Part shown: positions 51,140 through 64,000 of the stretch, piece by piece
Layout: each line of letters starts with the position of its first letter
Numbering within the stretch: position 1 is the first letter of the stretch
Assembly: GCF_964355755.1 (NCBI RefSeq)
Contig: NC_092674.1
Location: 20,088,001 to 20,152,000 of the forward strand
Direction: 5' to 3'
Length of the DNA stretch: 64,000 bases
From: Antedon mediterranea
Lineage: Eukaryota > Animalia > Echinodermata
The notes under the pieces: model-generated
The model's input: the letters and a program-made list of their open reading frames with translations, nothing else
Database searches by the model: none
Told to the model about the DNA's origin: nothing
Position numbers and translations under genes: made by a program

Positions 51140-52045
51140 GTACGTTTGTGAGGAAAGAATTCGCCCAACGATTGGGTGTTAAGGGGAAGAGTGTAGCTGC
51201 TTCTATAACGAAAGTCGGAGGAGCAGAAGAAAGCTTCAAGTCTCGGGTATGTGAACTTAAACTGATTGGAAGTAATCCTAACAGGACATACAATATCAAA
51301 GCCTTAGACATGCCGGTAATAAACCAAGTAAAGGAAGTCAGCGTTCGGGAGTTGGAAAACCAATTTGACATGACCAAACACATTAAGAGGACGAAGGGTT
51401 CAATCGACATATTAATAGGAGTGGATTATGCGTATCTAATGACTAGAGATATACTGGAAAGATGAACGGGTTTGTTGCCCTAAACTCGTCTTTATGATGG
51501 ACTGTGTTTGGCGGAACCACCAACGCAGAGATGATGTATGGTCAAGTGATGAATGTAACCGTCAACAAACCTGTTCTAGATGCTTTTCGGACAGTCTATG
51601 GGAGTCGATATAGAAAATTGTGACTGCAGAGCTACGTTAATTGTGATGGAAGATATGGAAGCTAAATTGATCGAAGAATCAATTTTAAAGTGGGTAATCA
51701 GTGGCTTATACCATATCCGTGGGCGAAAGAACCTGGCCTTCTACCCGACAACAGATGGCAAGCTCAGAAGATGCTGAGCGGGTTAGAAAAACGGATTAAC
51801 AGGAATAAAGAGCACGGAGATGCCTAACGAAAGCAGATGGAAGAAATGGTCGGGAGAGGGTTCGCAAGAAAATTGAGCAAAGAAATGAAGTTGTATCATG
51901 GACCCGTTCACTAACCTTCCACATCACGGTGTCGTGCGAACAGAAAATAAGAGTACACCAGTGAGTCAATCCATAAATGACTATTGGATAGGATTAAGGG
52001 ACCTGACATGCTTAACAACCTGCATGGAGTGTTGATGACATTTCT
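51140..52045 (+). mobile_element. BEL/Pao pol fragment
   Basis: GSIDILIGVDY, IPYPW, HHGVVRTENKSTP and KGPDMLNNLHGVL, with stops and frameshifts. Confidence 0.8.
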
Positions 52046-52364
52046 GAGATCACGATCTGAGTCTCTTCTTGCTCATGCATGTATTTCATTGTTTTGGCCC
52101 TGTAGACGGTCCATACTGCGTAGAGTAGATGCGCAGAATTAGTCACGGTACAACGGTACAACAACAGGTTGTATCATGAAAGTTATCTGTAAGTTTTATT
52201 TAATAAATCATTATACTTATGTTGCATATCAAAGTTACCCAATGAGGTCATTGTAGATGATTTTAAGGTTGTGAAGTAGTGATTACATTTGCATCTTGAT
52301 GCAGAATATCATAATACAGAGTGTGATTTGGTCATAGTTTATCGAGTAGCCTAGTAGAGTGGCG

Positions 52365-52695
52365 CCTGATGGACCGAGAGCTGAGAGGTCTAGAAGGTGT
52401 TGTATGTCATATGGACGACATTCTGATCACTGGCAGCAATCAGACAGAGCACGACAATAGGCTCAATGCAGTACTGAAGAGATTAGACAAAGGTGGTCTA
52501 ACTCTAAATAGTGCGAAATGCAAATTCTCTCAGACGAAACTGGATTACTTGGGCCAGATAATCGATGGTGAAGGATTGAGAAAAGACCCAAAGAAAATCG
52601 AAGCAATTATGAAAATGCAACCACCCACCAATGTCACGGAACTCAAGACAGTTCCTAGAAATGGTAAACCAACAGATGAAATTCGTTCCTAACAG
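52365..52695 (+). mobile_element. Ty3/Gypsy RT fragment
   Basis: VVCHMDDILITG, GLTLNSAKCKF, YLGQII and PTNVTEL. Confidence 0.85.
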
Positions 52696-52699
52696 ATAA

Positions 52700-55386
52700 G
52701 CTTGAATGCAAACAAGTAGTTAAAGTTCTTGACGACTTTCTATTTATTGGGAACAATCGAAATGAATGCCAGAGATCACTAAACTCTCTTCTCACTCTTG
52801 CTGAAACAATAGGTCTACCTTTATCACCTCGCAAAACAGTTACCCCCACCACAAAATTAACCTTTTTAGGTATTGAACTAGATACGAAATGTATGGTTGC
52901 TAGATTACCACTTGATAAACTGCATAAAGTACCAGGCCGATATCCAAAAATGGTTAACTCGAAAAGAAACTACACTTAGGGATCTGCAGTCCTGATGCAA
53001 GCTTTTGGTGCCACGTTTGAATCCTCCTGGGTCCAAGGTGCCTGGCCAGAAAGTTGGAAGAAATATGACATTATGGTGTTGGAACTTTATCCAAAAAAAA
53101 AAAAAAAATTGACCAACACCCATGTGGTATTTTACACCGACAACATGGATAATGTCAACCATTTAAACAGTAAGACCAGCAGCAATGCTAATGTCATGCA
53201 CATATCAGACCACTTATGTTAATTCTACTTACAAACAACATCCAATTGACTGCACGTCACATTCCTGGCCATAAGAACATTCTAAGTGACGCGATTTCTC
53301 GTTGGCAGGTCAACAAAGACTTGCTAAAAAAATTCCAGATGCACGAGACACCATTAAAGATTCCACATCACCTCAAACCAGAAAACTTCAACAAGTTAAA
53401 TGGAAGTTGATACATGCATCAGTAACACAAGGTACACAAACAACGTACCATAGATGCTGGCAGCAGTTTTATAATTTTTTGATGAAACATACATTATCTT
53501 CCAATCTACCTGTCTCCTTGGAAAATGTTTCTCTGTTCATTTGCCATCTGTCTGAGTTGGGCATGTCACCAAGTACAATCAGAACATATTTAAGTTCTAT
53601 ATCATTCACACATAAAATCAACAACATGCCTGACCCAAACATTTCAATTATTCTCAGAGGTGTCAGCATGCAGTACACCAATTCCAATTCACAGACTCGT
53701 AAACCATTGCTGCCTATTACCACCAAATGTATTACAGCAGCTTCTAGCGCACCTCCACCTCGCTACAAGAAATAAGTATGACATGCTCATGTACAAAGCA
53801 CTGTTTCTCATTTGCTACTACGCCTGCACGAGAGCAAGCGAGGTTGTATTATCCACAAACCCACAACATGTCCTATTAGAAAGATAGAAATCAATGACAC
53901 ATGCATTACTATATGCTTCCGTTCATACAAGCACCACATTGGCAAACCCAAAAAATTTAAAATCAAAGAAAAACGTGGCAGCCCGCTCTGCCCCGTTGAG
54001 GCGCTGAAACGTTACAGGTCTATTAGACCAGCAGCTACTGGACAATTTTTTGTGTTCCAAACAGGTTTGCCCTTACAACGGAAACACCTGAGCTGCATTC
54101 TTAAAAAAACTGCTTCGCACACCACTTTAAATCACACGCGTTTCAATAGGCACTCATTCAGTTCAGAATTGGTAGGGCTACACAACTACATAGAATGGGA
54201 GCAAATGAGAAGATGATCATGACCACTGGTAGATGGAAAAGCGATGCGTACAAACAATATATACGACCACATTGCATAACTTTAAGTAACAAGTAACATT
54301 ACAAATTGCTAATGACCCCATAGGCATGTACTCAAAGCCATGATTAATATTCTGTCAGCTCGACACGCACAAGTTTTCAGGCATCTGCCCAGGCAGTGCC
54401 TGTTGTTTAGTATAAGGTTACAGGCATCTGCTCAGGCAGTGCCTTCTGTTTAGTATTAAGGTTAAAGGCATCTGTTTAGGCAGTGCCTTCCTGTTTGTAT
54501 TAAGGTTACAGGCATCTGCTCAGGCAGTGCCTTCTGTTCAGTATTAAGGTTACAGGCATCTGCTCAGGCAGTGCCTTCTGTTTAGTATTAAGGTTAAAGG
54601 CATCTGTTTAGGCAGTGCCTTCCTGTTTGTATTAAGGTTACAGGCATCTGCTCAGGCAGTGTTTTCTGCATTACCGTATTATAACTGGCAGTGCATTCTA
54701 TCCTTCATCATACCAGTTCGCCGAGCGGGGCCTACTGTTTTGGCTCAAATACATCTGTTCGTGTCTTTCTTTTGGAAGAGTGAACATTCTTGCGTCCACC
54801 CTGCATTTACATGGGCTGCTCTTGGCGGTGTTTTACACCTGCCATGGGCTTTCCTGAGCATCCATGTGATATTAGAATAATAAAATCTGCGTCTAACTTT
54901 AATTATACATATCCACAATCACATGCAGGTTACACGTTTAGAATGTTCATTTTTCCAATAAAATGTTTATATGCCAGAAAATGATGTTGTATATGCTTAT
55001 TCTTAAGTCTCTGTGTATCAAAAAGTAGGAATTGTGTGCGGAAAACAAAGTTTAACACGATTCCATTTTGAGAACTGAGAGGGCGTGGTACAATCCTCTT
55101 GGACCACGCTGCTCTCACGTCTCCAACAATTATTCAGTAAGATATTTTTTATCTCCCTCTTTTTCCCGCCCACCCACATGTAATATCACATGAACTATAA
55201 GACGGGCTTTTTCCTGAGCATCCATGTGATACTGTATTAGAATAATAAAATCTGCGTCTAACTTTAATTATACATATCCACAATCACATGCAGGTTACAC
55301 GTTTAGAATGTTCATTTTTCCAATAAAATGTTTATATGCCAGAAAATGATGTTGTATGCTTATTCTTAAGTCTCTGTGTATCAAAA
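52700..55386 (+). mobile_element. 5'-truncated tyrosine-recombinase retrotransposon (Ngaro/DIRS group)
   Basis: RT LDDFLFIG/FLGIELDT and RNase H YTDN..HIPG..N..SDAISR. Overlapping integrase N-domain (TIRTYLSSI) and YR motifs (TRASE, CPV, RHSF, GRWKSDAYKQYIR). 3' direct repeats at ~54845-55023 and ~55205-55386. Confidence 0.85.
54378..54661. repeat. 44-bp tandem repeat with internal hairpin, ~6.5 copies
   Basis: TAAGGTTACAGGCATCTGCTCAGGCAGTGCCTTCTGTTTAGTAT, period 44 (54413, 54457). Confidence 0.9.
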
Positions 55387-55752
55387 ATTTGTTTTGTTTC
55401 AGATAACTACTGTAAAAATAAAGCCATGGCATCACTTTCAACAACTGATTAGATAATTTAACCAAATCAAATGACAATTTTTTAACGATCATTCAGAATG
55501 TAACTCCAAATGCTCAACCTGAACCACACCAAGATTAATAGTGAATGAATAGTTTATTTACCACACCATCAACAAGATCAAGAAATACCACCAGAAGAAG
55601 AATACCAGATAATGCAAGGTCTCGTTCATGCTCTAATTCTAGGCAAAACCAAAATTACTTCTACTTAAAAGAAGTCATTATTATTGGATACATCACAAAG
55701 CGATCAAATACCCAGGGCAAATTACTATGGAAAACTAGATGAAAAAGGTTAG

Positions 55753-55754
<2 letters not shown>

Positions 55755-55790
<36 letters not shown>
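55755..55790. repeat. (TTA)n microsatellite
   Basis: About 12 perfect units. Confidence 0.9.
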
Positions 55791-56465
55791 CCTAATCTAC
55801 TATGTATTTCAGTTTTTATTCAATAATAAACAAAATATTGTTTCTTACAAATTTTTGTTTAAGAAAAGAAATCTTTTCTTTTTTGATACATTCATTCATG
55901 TATTTATAGTCTAAACATTTGGATAATTAACTTTTTTTTGGGATTCATGAATAAATATATAAAAAAAGTTATATAAAAAAGTATAAAACAGTGTCTTGAG
56001 TAAAAAATAAATTGATTTTTTTTCAATCTTTTGAAAGTTGATAAAAATATTGCCGAGCATCAGACAAAAAAGAATGCCTTGTGTACAGCTTTCACCTCCC
56101 TTCATTAAATGTATTAAATATAACATTTTGTTATACATTTTATAAATTATATATCTTCTAGGTTTGAGTTTGTGATTGGAATTGGTTCACGATTAACTAA
56201 ACTACGTTTAACCGATGATCAAGAAATGAATTCACAGCTTTTGCATCGTTTATTGGAAACAAGAGTGTGTACTTGTTGCCTTCCCAAGATATTAGTACAA
56301 CTAACAGTAACATTAGTGACTATTTATTACCTCTTAGTCCTGCATCTGATGCAAAAGAAAGTGATACTGAAGTAAGATACATAACATTTTTGTTTATAAC
56401 CGGTTTTGGCAAAATCTTCTCAGTGCAATTGTAAAATGAATTAATTGTATTGTGGTATTATGATA

Positions 56466-56599
56466 TGAGATATCTTTTTTTCAACATTCAAAAGTTGTAT
56501 TATAAATCTAATTGTCAATTCAATTTAAATAAATATTTAAATTGAATTGACAATTAGATTTATAATACAACTTTTGAATGTTGAAAAAAAGATATCTCA
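56466..56599. repeat. Perfect AT-rich palindrome, 66-bp arms with 2-nt centre
   Basis: TGAGATATCTTTTTTTCAAC...AAATA-AA-TATTT...GTTGAAAAAAAGATATCTCA. Confidence 0.92.
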
Positions 56600-57599
56600 A
56601 ATAAAATTAAAAAAACATTTCTTTTAATTTTCAAATTATTTGGTACTTAAAAACTTGGTACTTGGTACGTTTCCTCCTGAATCTTCCATGAGGGAAATTA
56701 ACTAGGAGGCGTCTCCGTGAAGTGGTGGTGCTGTTTAATTGGTTTGGACAAGGTGCTTGCTAAATGTGGTCCACTTTCACTGAGGTATTTCAACTTTTAT
56801 TTCAAGTGCATTTATTACTGTATGTTCTTTGACTATTTGATTTGATTGTTAATGGCGATGTTTGTATTGCCTAACGTTATGACTACAAGAGGCTGATTAA
56901 GTTGTTTAGTAGTAATTTAATTATGCTATGATGATGATATGTAGTCTTATGTTTGTTATATTATATTATTGGTAAGATTGTACATTTGTTTACGATGTTG
57001 GAACATTTTGAGATGTACTGCGTTGTGAAAGCTGATTGATAGTTGTTGTGATCAAAAATTATAATTATTAATCAACGCGTAGAAGATGATTTGACTTCAA
57101 ACTGGATCACCGAATTGAGGGATTCAAAATCTATGGATTACCAACTCTAATCATCAGTATTACAATACATTCATGTTTAGTCTTCTTTAAAAGTCTACGC
57201 CTGTGACTGAGGTCACATTAAGTTTGAAGTCAACCATAAAATTTAAAGTCTTTATTATCAAACTGACCATGGATCTGTCAGTCGAGTGTTGTCTAAATCA
57301 TCAATGCGATCAACCGCAAGCTCATTGGCTCAAGTCTCAGCAAAGAAAGCAAAGATAGCATTTAGCAAAGATAAAGGCACGTGCAGCCAGACTGAGAGAG
57401 TTGCAGAGTTTCAGTTGAAAAAAACAAGGAAAGATTGTTACTGGAATTGGAATCGAAGAATGTCAGGCCGATGAAGAAGTCTTCAAACAATATAAAGAAC
57501 CAATTTCACAGTCAATGATCTATTCATAGGCACTGGTTTGACAATATGTCACAGACATGCATACAAGCAGGAGCAAGTAACATAATGGAAATCAATACA

Positions 57600-59320
57600 C
57601 CGATCGCATCCTATTTAATGACAAAAGTTCAAGATGGTTCCATAGAAGTAAATTCTGTTGTACCAACAGTGTTGCCGTCATTTTTACATGAAGAATTGTC
57701 AGATATGCAAAAGAATGACAAGTACTACAAAGTGTGGAAAATGTGGAATGCGAATTGGAAAACGGGACAAGACTATGGTCTAGCTGTACCTGGTTTTAAG
57801 GGATGGATAAGAGAGTGGTCAAAGTTTCGTCCAAGTAATGGTGTGCTGTATCGCATTACTCCGGATTCAATTTTTTGGGGAGTTCCAACAATTATTAGTT
57901 TTCAACAATAGTGAGAAACCTGGGAGGAACTGCACGGAAGCTGGTGTTGAATCTACCGAGAGAATGTCGGACACCTGAAAGAGCATTCAAAGAACTGAAA
58001 GAACAATTCGGAAATTTGTCCTCTGGTGACCCCTTATCTGATTTTTACCAGAGAACACAAAGACAGGGTGAGTCTGCTAGTTTTTATGCCATTGAACTAG
58101 ACGCAGTATTACCGTACGAGATGTGGAGGAGAAACTTGGGCGAGGTCCCATGTATGAAAGGGATCGAATGTTGACACAACGATTAATGCTAGGAATGTAC
58201 GACCAAGAAGTAGTTGGACGAATAGCGCCCATGAGGTGGAGGTCTATGACATTTCGTTTTGTTCTATCAGAGATAAGACTACTAGAACGGGAACGAAAGC
58301 AGCAACCGTGCGCACCACACCTAGCTCCTCCCATAACGCCGACAAATGCCAAATATTCCGGGGAGGACGCGTCACTTAACACATTAGTTTCACAAATGGA
58401 GAGAAAAATAAGCTTTCTTACCGCTAAACTTGAGGCAAAGGAAGCGGCGCAACAACACAACACAACCTAGGGGACTAGAGTGCTACGGCTGCGGCCAAAT
58501 TGGCCACATTCGACGATTTTGCCCAAATGCGTTGCCGGGAAACGGCAGGTCACCATAACAGTAGGGTGGGTTGGTGGTGAAAAGCACACACCAAAAGGAC
58601 AGACATAATCTTGTCGGGCCAACTAATCAGGCACAAATATCAATTCATGGAGTAAAATGTAACGCCCTTATTGATTCAGGCTCACACATATCAACGATAA
58701 CTATTGAATTGTATAACAAAATTACAGAATTAAAATCACAAGTTATTGAACGTTCAACAATAGAAGTTATAGCGGCAAATGGCCAGAGTGTCCCATACTA
58801 TGGAATTATTAATAGCGAAATCAATATACTCAATAAAACATACTTTGCTGTTCCCGTTTTTTAGTCGCCATATCGACTCTGTCTCAAATTGCAAGTTTGG
58901 ACACATACGATGTTACATCCAACAGGTATGAGCCAACCTAATATCACATCTGCCAGATCTCTCAGAATCAGACATTAAAACTGACTCTGAACATATATCA
59001 CTACAATCACTGTTAGACAAATACTCGGATGTTTTCTCAAAGGATGAAAACGATTTCGGCCATACTAAGGCCATATATCACCATATACCGCTTATTGCCA
59101 ACCAGCCATTTAGACTACCCTTTCGCCGCATCCCACCGTCGCAATATGGTGCCATTCGACCGAGCAAAAGCCCATATACTTCACCGATGGTGATTGTTCG
59201 CAAGAAGGATGGGTCAATGCGCATATGTATCGATTTTAGAAAGCTTAATTTTAAAACAGTAAGAGATCCGTTCCAAATACCCAGGATAGATGAAGCTATG
59301 GATGCTCTAAGTAAGGCCAA
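57600..59320 (+). mobile_element. Ty3/Gypsy fragments (gag with CCHC knuckle, protease, start of RT)
   Basis: CYGCGQIGHIRRFC, ALIDSGS and SPYTSPMVIVRKKDGSMRICIDFRKLN...DPFQIPRIDE. Confidence 0.85.
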
Positions 59321-59329
59321 TATATATTA

Positions 59330-62300
59330 AATGCCATTGACGCGTCACCCATTTACATATCAATGTACAACTAAAGAATTTTAAGTTCAAACGTGCTTCA
59401 ATAAGCGTAGCCTATACTGTGTGTTTCGTGTGAAACAGATATTTATTTAGTTAACATTGAGGGCGTCCTTTCTTGTCTCTAATAAACAAGCGTAGATCCA
59501 GCATGGCGAGCAGCTGACTCTCATCGCATTTATAAGTATTTTAATTCTGTTAATTTACCAGTTTTTAGTAAATATCATTAAGATATTTATACTGTGATGT
59601 TTAGGGATCTACCAACTGTTAATCTGCTTAAGATACTGAACTGAAGTTAATCAGAGACTTGTTTAAATGTTAATTACATCCGGTCAAAGTAAATTGAATT
59701 GTGGCGAGGCGGACAGAAGTAAAGTACAATATCACAACCGATCTTAATGTATGAGTGTTTAATATTTAACACCATTCAATTTACTTTTGTAAACCGCTGA
59801 GGAGTGATGGAGGAAAAGAAACTGAAGAGACGAACAAGTAAGTCCAGATTCACCAGGCAGAAGAAACACCTGGACAACCTGATTGATCATGATGAATCCG
59901 TTGAGGAAATCCAAACAGAATTTGGAAAACTGGAATTGGCCTTTCATGGACTACAAGACAGACACGATGAGTATTGCGAAATGATTAAAGATGAGGAAGC
60001 ATACAACAAGGAGGAGGAATATATTCAGGCATGTATGGATGAGTTTTTAGCAATTAAGGCTAAATACAAAATGGCTCTGAAAAAAAATCCACCTCAACTT
60101 CCGTTACCAGTACAAGTACACGGACTGTCTAATCAGTCACCGCCTGCTTCGATTAATTCTGCATCCCTGTCAGATCCAGTTAGTGAAGTCATCGAGTCTT
60201 TGGATTCATCATCAACTGTGCCGACACGCCAGATAAAACTGAAACCTAGGGTTGAAAAACCAAAGTTACCTGTGTTTAGTGGAGACGTCAGAGAATACTG
60301 GACCTTAGAGATGACTTTAAACACATGATTGAACCTGTCTATGAACCAAGAGATGCTGTTTCAATACTGAGCACCAGTCTAACAGGCAAACCATTAGAGT
60401 TACTAAAGGGAATAGGAACCGACTATGTTGCATGCTGGAAGTACCTAGATCTATATTATGCGGATCCAAGAATAATTTCAGATGCTGTGACCCAAGATAT
60501 ATCAAAGTTTAGAGTGCTTAAAGAAGGAGAAGATCATCGCTTTTGTGAGTTCTCACACCTAGTCAGAAGATGTTTGAACATACTAAAACAAGTTTGTAAG
60601 GAAGCGGATATGAACAGTAATCATATGCTAGCCCTAATTGAGATGAAACTAACCACAGAGGATAGGAAAGTGTATGCAAGATGTCTACAACAAAAAGAAG
60701 ACGCTTCCTTAGAAGGTTTGCTTAAGTTTCTTGAAGTAGAAATGAGGTCTAGAATGAGAGCCACTGCAGCCGTCCGTAGTACCCAGTCACCTGCTCAAGG
60801 TAAAGTTAATATGGGACAGCAGGAAATAGATGGTCAAGCCAAACCAGATAACCAACATAAGTCTACATGGAAGAAATGCTGGGGTTGTAACACCAATGAT
60901 CATTGGCCATACCAGTGTACCGTGATAGCAGGATTAAATGCAGCAGCCCGTCTAAAGATGGCAAAAGAAGTATATGCCTGTTTTAGTTGTCTGAAGAGAG
61001 CCGCCAAAAACCACAACATGAGGACTTGCAACCGATGAAAGCAATGCAGCCAAGACAAGTGCGAGTCATACCATCATATACTTCTTCACCAAACTCCTAC
61101 TAATAATTTAGCTAGTGTAGCTGCAAATGCCAATGATGTTGTGTTACCTGTAATTACTGTGAGGTTAGGTGTTGGTGACAATCACATAGCTGGTAATGTC
61201 ATGCTCGATTCGGGAGCTAACGTAACGTTAATTCGACAAACTGTAGCAGAGGGACTCAACCTGGAAGGAAAACCAATAAGTATTGGTACCCTAGGAGGTG
61301 AAATTCAAGCCCATCAGACCAAAATCTACCGAGTCACAATCTTAGCTAACCAGAAAGAGCATACGATATCTGCTATTGGAGTTCCTGAGATAGCCAATGT
61401 GAAAAAGCTCTATCTATCGATCTATCTAAGTTTTGGAGAACAGAAGAAATGGGGGTTCAGTTGCCAAATTGTTCCTGTAGTCAATCACCATCTGATAAAC
61501 TAAAGTTGACACCTTCTGAGAGACAAGAGTACAACGTGATGTGGGAGTCCTGTAAAAAGGTTGGAGACAAGTGGCCAATACCATACCCATGGAAAAAGGA
61601 TGCTTCAAAGCTAATTGACAACCAACTGCTTGCCGAGAGAATGCTAGTCTCGACTGAGAATCGACTGAAGAAAGACCCATCACACATGAAATGCTATCAG
61701 CAACAAATGGAAGAAATGGTACAATTAGGTTTTTCCCGGAAACTGTCAGAGAATGAAATAGCGACTTATGATGGACCAATATGTTACCTGCCACACCACG
61801 CCATTATCAGATCAGAGAAAAAATCAACACCTGTAAGAATTGTATTTAATGCATCTGCTAAATTTCAGGGTCAAGCACTAAACGAATTTTGGGAGAAGGG
61901 TCCTGACTTACTTAATAATCTGTTTGGAGTTCTCTTGAGATTCAGGCAACAAGAAATCGCTCTAGCTGCTGATATTTCAAAGATGTATCATCGTATCTAT
62001 ACCCGAGAGCGACCAGCAAGTTCATCGATTTCTATGGCGTGACTGTAATCAAACAAAGAGGGCCGACACATATGTTAAAACTAATGTCACTTTTGGCGAC
62101 AAACCAGCTCCTGCCATGGCTCAAGTAGCGTGAGAAAAACAGCTAAAGTTAATGAGGAGACTCATCCAGAGGCAGCTCAAGTTATCATCAATGAACGTTA
62201 TATGGATGACATACTGCCGTCAGTGTCCGATGTTAAATCTGCCGAACAATTGTCAACAGACATCGACCATGTACTGAAAACAGGAGGCTTCCAGGTCAAA

Positions 62301-62550
62301 GAATGGATATCCAATGTTCAAATTCACAACTCGCCTACCAATCAACAACTAAATGACAAATCGGTCCTGAATGACGAGTTAGAACAGAAGGTTCTAGGGG
62401 TAGTATGGAACCCTACCACCGACCTATTGCTTTATAAAGTTAAACCTGTCTCATTTCCAGCAAATGTTCTTACCAAGTGAATTGTTCTTAGTGAGCTGGC
62501 GAAAGTTTTTGATCCGATTGGCTTTGCTACGGCATTCCTGATATAGTAGA
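59330..62550 (+). mobile_element. BEL/Pao LTR retrotransposon, 3'-truncated and frameshifted (possible LTR/leader 59330-59800)
   Basis: KLPVFSGD, CWGC..H..C / CFSC..H..C knuckles, MLDSGA, YLPHHAI, GPDLLNNL, YMDD, KVLGVVW and FDPIG. Confidence 0.9.
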
Positions 62551-63499
62551 GAGGCCAAATACACAAAAGTCCTCTATAAAAAGTTTGGGGGGCATTTTTT
62601 GTTAATAGCAGGCAACCATGTTGAACGTATCCTTTGTGGGGTGACAAAAACAATAGGGGTGGATGCCATCTTCAGTTTTGGGTTTTAAGGTCAGTTTATG
62701 TGGTCAAGAGGTCAAACAAGGTCAAAATATAGGATTTTTTTTTATTCACTGAAAATCATCTACATCATCAGATCTATCCAAAAAAGTATATTTGAAGATC
62801 AACTGATGCTTCATTTTAAAGTAATTATGAGATAAACATTTTATTTTACACATAAAAACATAGGAAATTAAATATAAAAGTGTAATTTTCTCAAAATGTT
62901 GTTTTCACATATTTCTGTAAAGTACACACAGTTTTTTAATAGGCCTTTCCCAGTCTGTTGTAAATTTGTCTTTTTTATGTTTTCCACCAGTCATCGTTTT
63001 GATTTTTGTCGGAAAAAATAGGTCAAGTGTTATATGTATGAAACGCCATATGTGCCAAAAGATTGGTCTTTTACTATAATATTATTAATATTACCTATAA
63101 TAATGTAATATTTAGAAATTAGTTTTTAGAAAAATTAATAATATTACCTATAATAATGTAATAATATTTAGAAATTTGTTTTTAGAAAAATTTCGAAAAC
63201 AGAGACCCCGTATATGACCTAATGGCGAGATGTTTTTGTTTGGGTCAGAGACCCCCTATAATGTAATTATTTAAACAATTTTTCATTCTTTCAATGATAC
63301 AAGTTTTTTTTAAAGTTTGTTGTTTCAAGAAATCTCGAAAGAGAAACCTGGGTATCGAGTCTTTGTTTTCAAAAACCCTAACTATTGGACTTTATCAAGG
63401 TTGGAAGGAGTGGTAAATGGGTTCTCTTTCTTGAAACCTTCGCATGCTATCTTGGCTGACGGTGTTTACAGATATAAAATTCCTTAAGTAATTAAGAGG

Positions 63500-63760
63500 T
63501 TCTTTATACACATGGATAAAGACGGTTTTAACGTTATTTACAAACATTACGTTACATACTGTGTCCAGGTATGGAATCCATTTCTCCAAAAAGACATAAA
63601 CGCACTTGAAAGAGGACAACGTCATGCGACAAATCAAATTCCAGCGATCCATTCTTATTCATATGGAGATCGTTTAAAGTTTCTTGGCCTAACAACCCTG
63701 TATGACAGACGAATTCGTGGTGACTTGATTGAACATTTTCAAAAGGTTTCGAGGGTGTAG
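63500..63760 (+). mobile_element. CR1 LINE ORF2 C-terminal fragment
   Basis: YCVQVWNP..KDINALERGQRHAT...RLKFLGLTTL..RRIRGDLIE. Confidence 0.8.
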
Positions 63761-64000
63761 CCAAGGAAGACTTCCTTCAAATCTGCCCCTTTCTGACAGA
63801 AGGAAGTAACCCACAATTTCAAATATTTTTTTTTTTTTTCATATTTTTTTTTTTTAAAGCAAGACCTAATATTTCTGATAAAAAAAAAAGTTCAACAGTC
63901 ATTTGTTACAGAGATACATATCTTTAAAAAGAAGTAAACTACATGATCTTGTAATTTTCTTTATCACAAAAAGAATCAATGGCTTTTACTTCTTATGTCA

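Noticed and set aside
53302-54290. Phage integrase/prophage
   Set aside because: The tyrosine recombinase overlaps RT/RNase H frames as in Ngaro/DIRS retrotransposons, and there are no phage genes.
54378-54661. Tandem iron-responsive elements (CAGTGC loops)
   Set aside because: The bases flanking CAGTGC do not form the required 5-bp upper stem, and an alternative hairpin uses those bases.

Overview
This is AT-rich eukaryotic (metazoan, probably invertebrate) genomic DNA, not prokaryotic. The left 17 kb holds two spliced minus-strand genes: AIFM2/FSP1, whose 3' end runs off the window, and BLZF1/golgin-45, plus minisatellites and TIR elements. The middle (26-42 kb) is a tandem array of cGAS-like receptor (Mab-21/cGLR nucleotidyltransferase) genes. 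It has two intact, single-coding-exon ~680-aa paralogs with a long helical C-terminal extension, and several truncated or disrupted copies, one split by a nested LINE insertion. Each intact copy has a kB-like and an IRF-like motif just before a short non-coding exon. The right 22 kb is a patchwork of degraded transposon fragments (BEL/Pao, Gypsy, Ngaro/DIRS, Harbinger, CR1). Every coding fragment I could recognise there lies on the + strand, which resembles a uni-strand piRNA cluster. All assignments come from reading motifs by eye, and TE boundaries are approximate.
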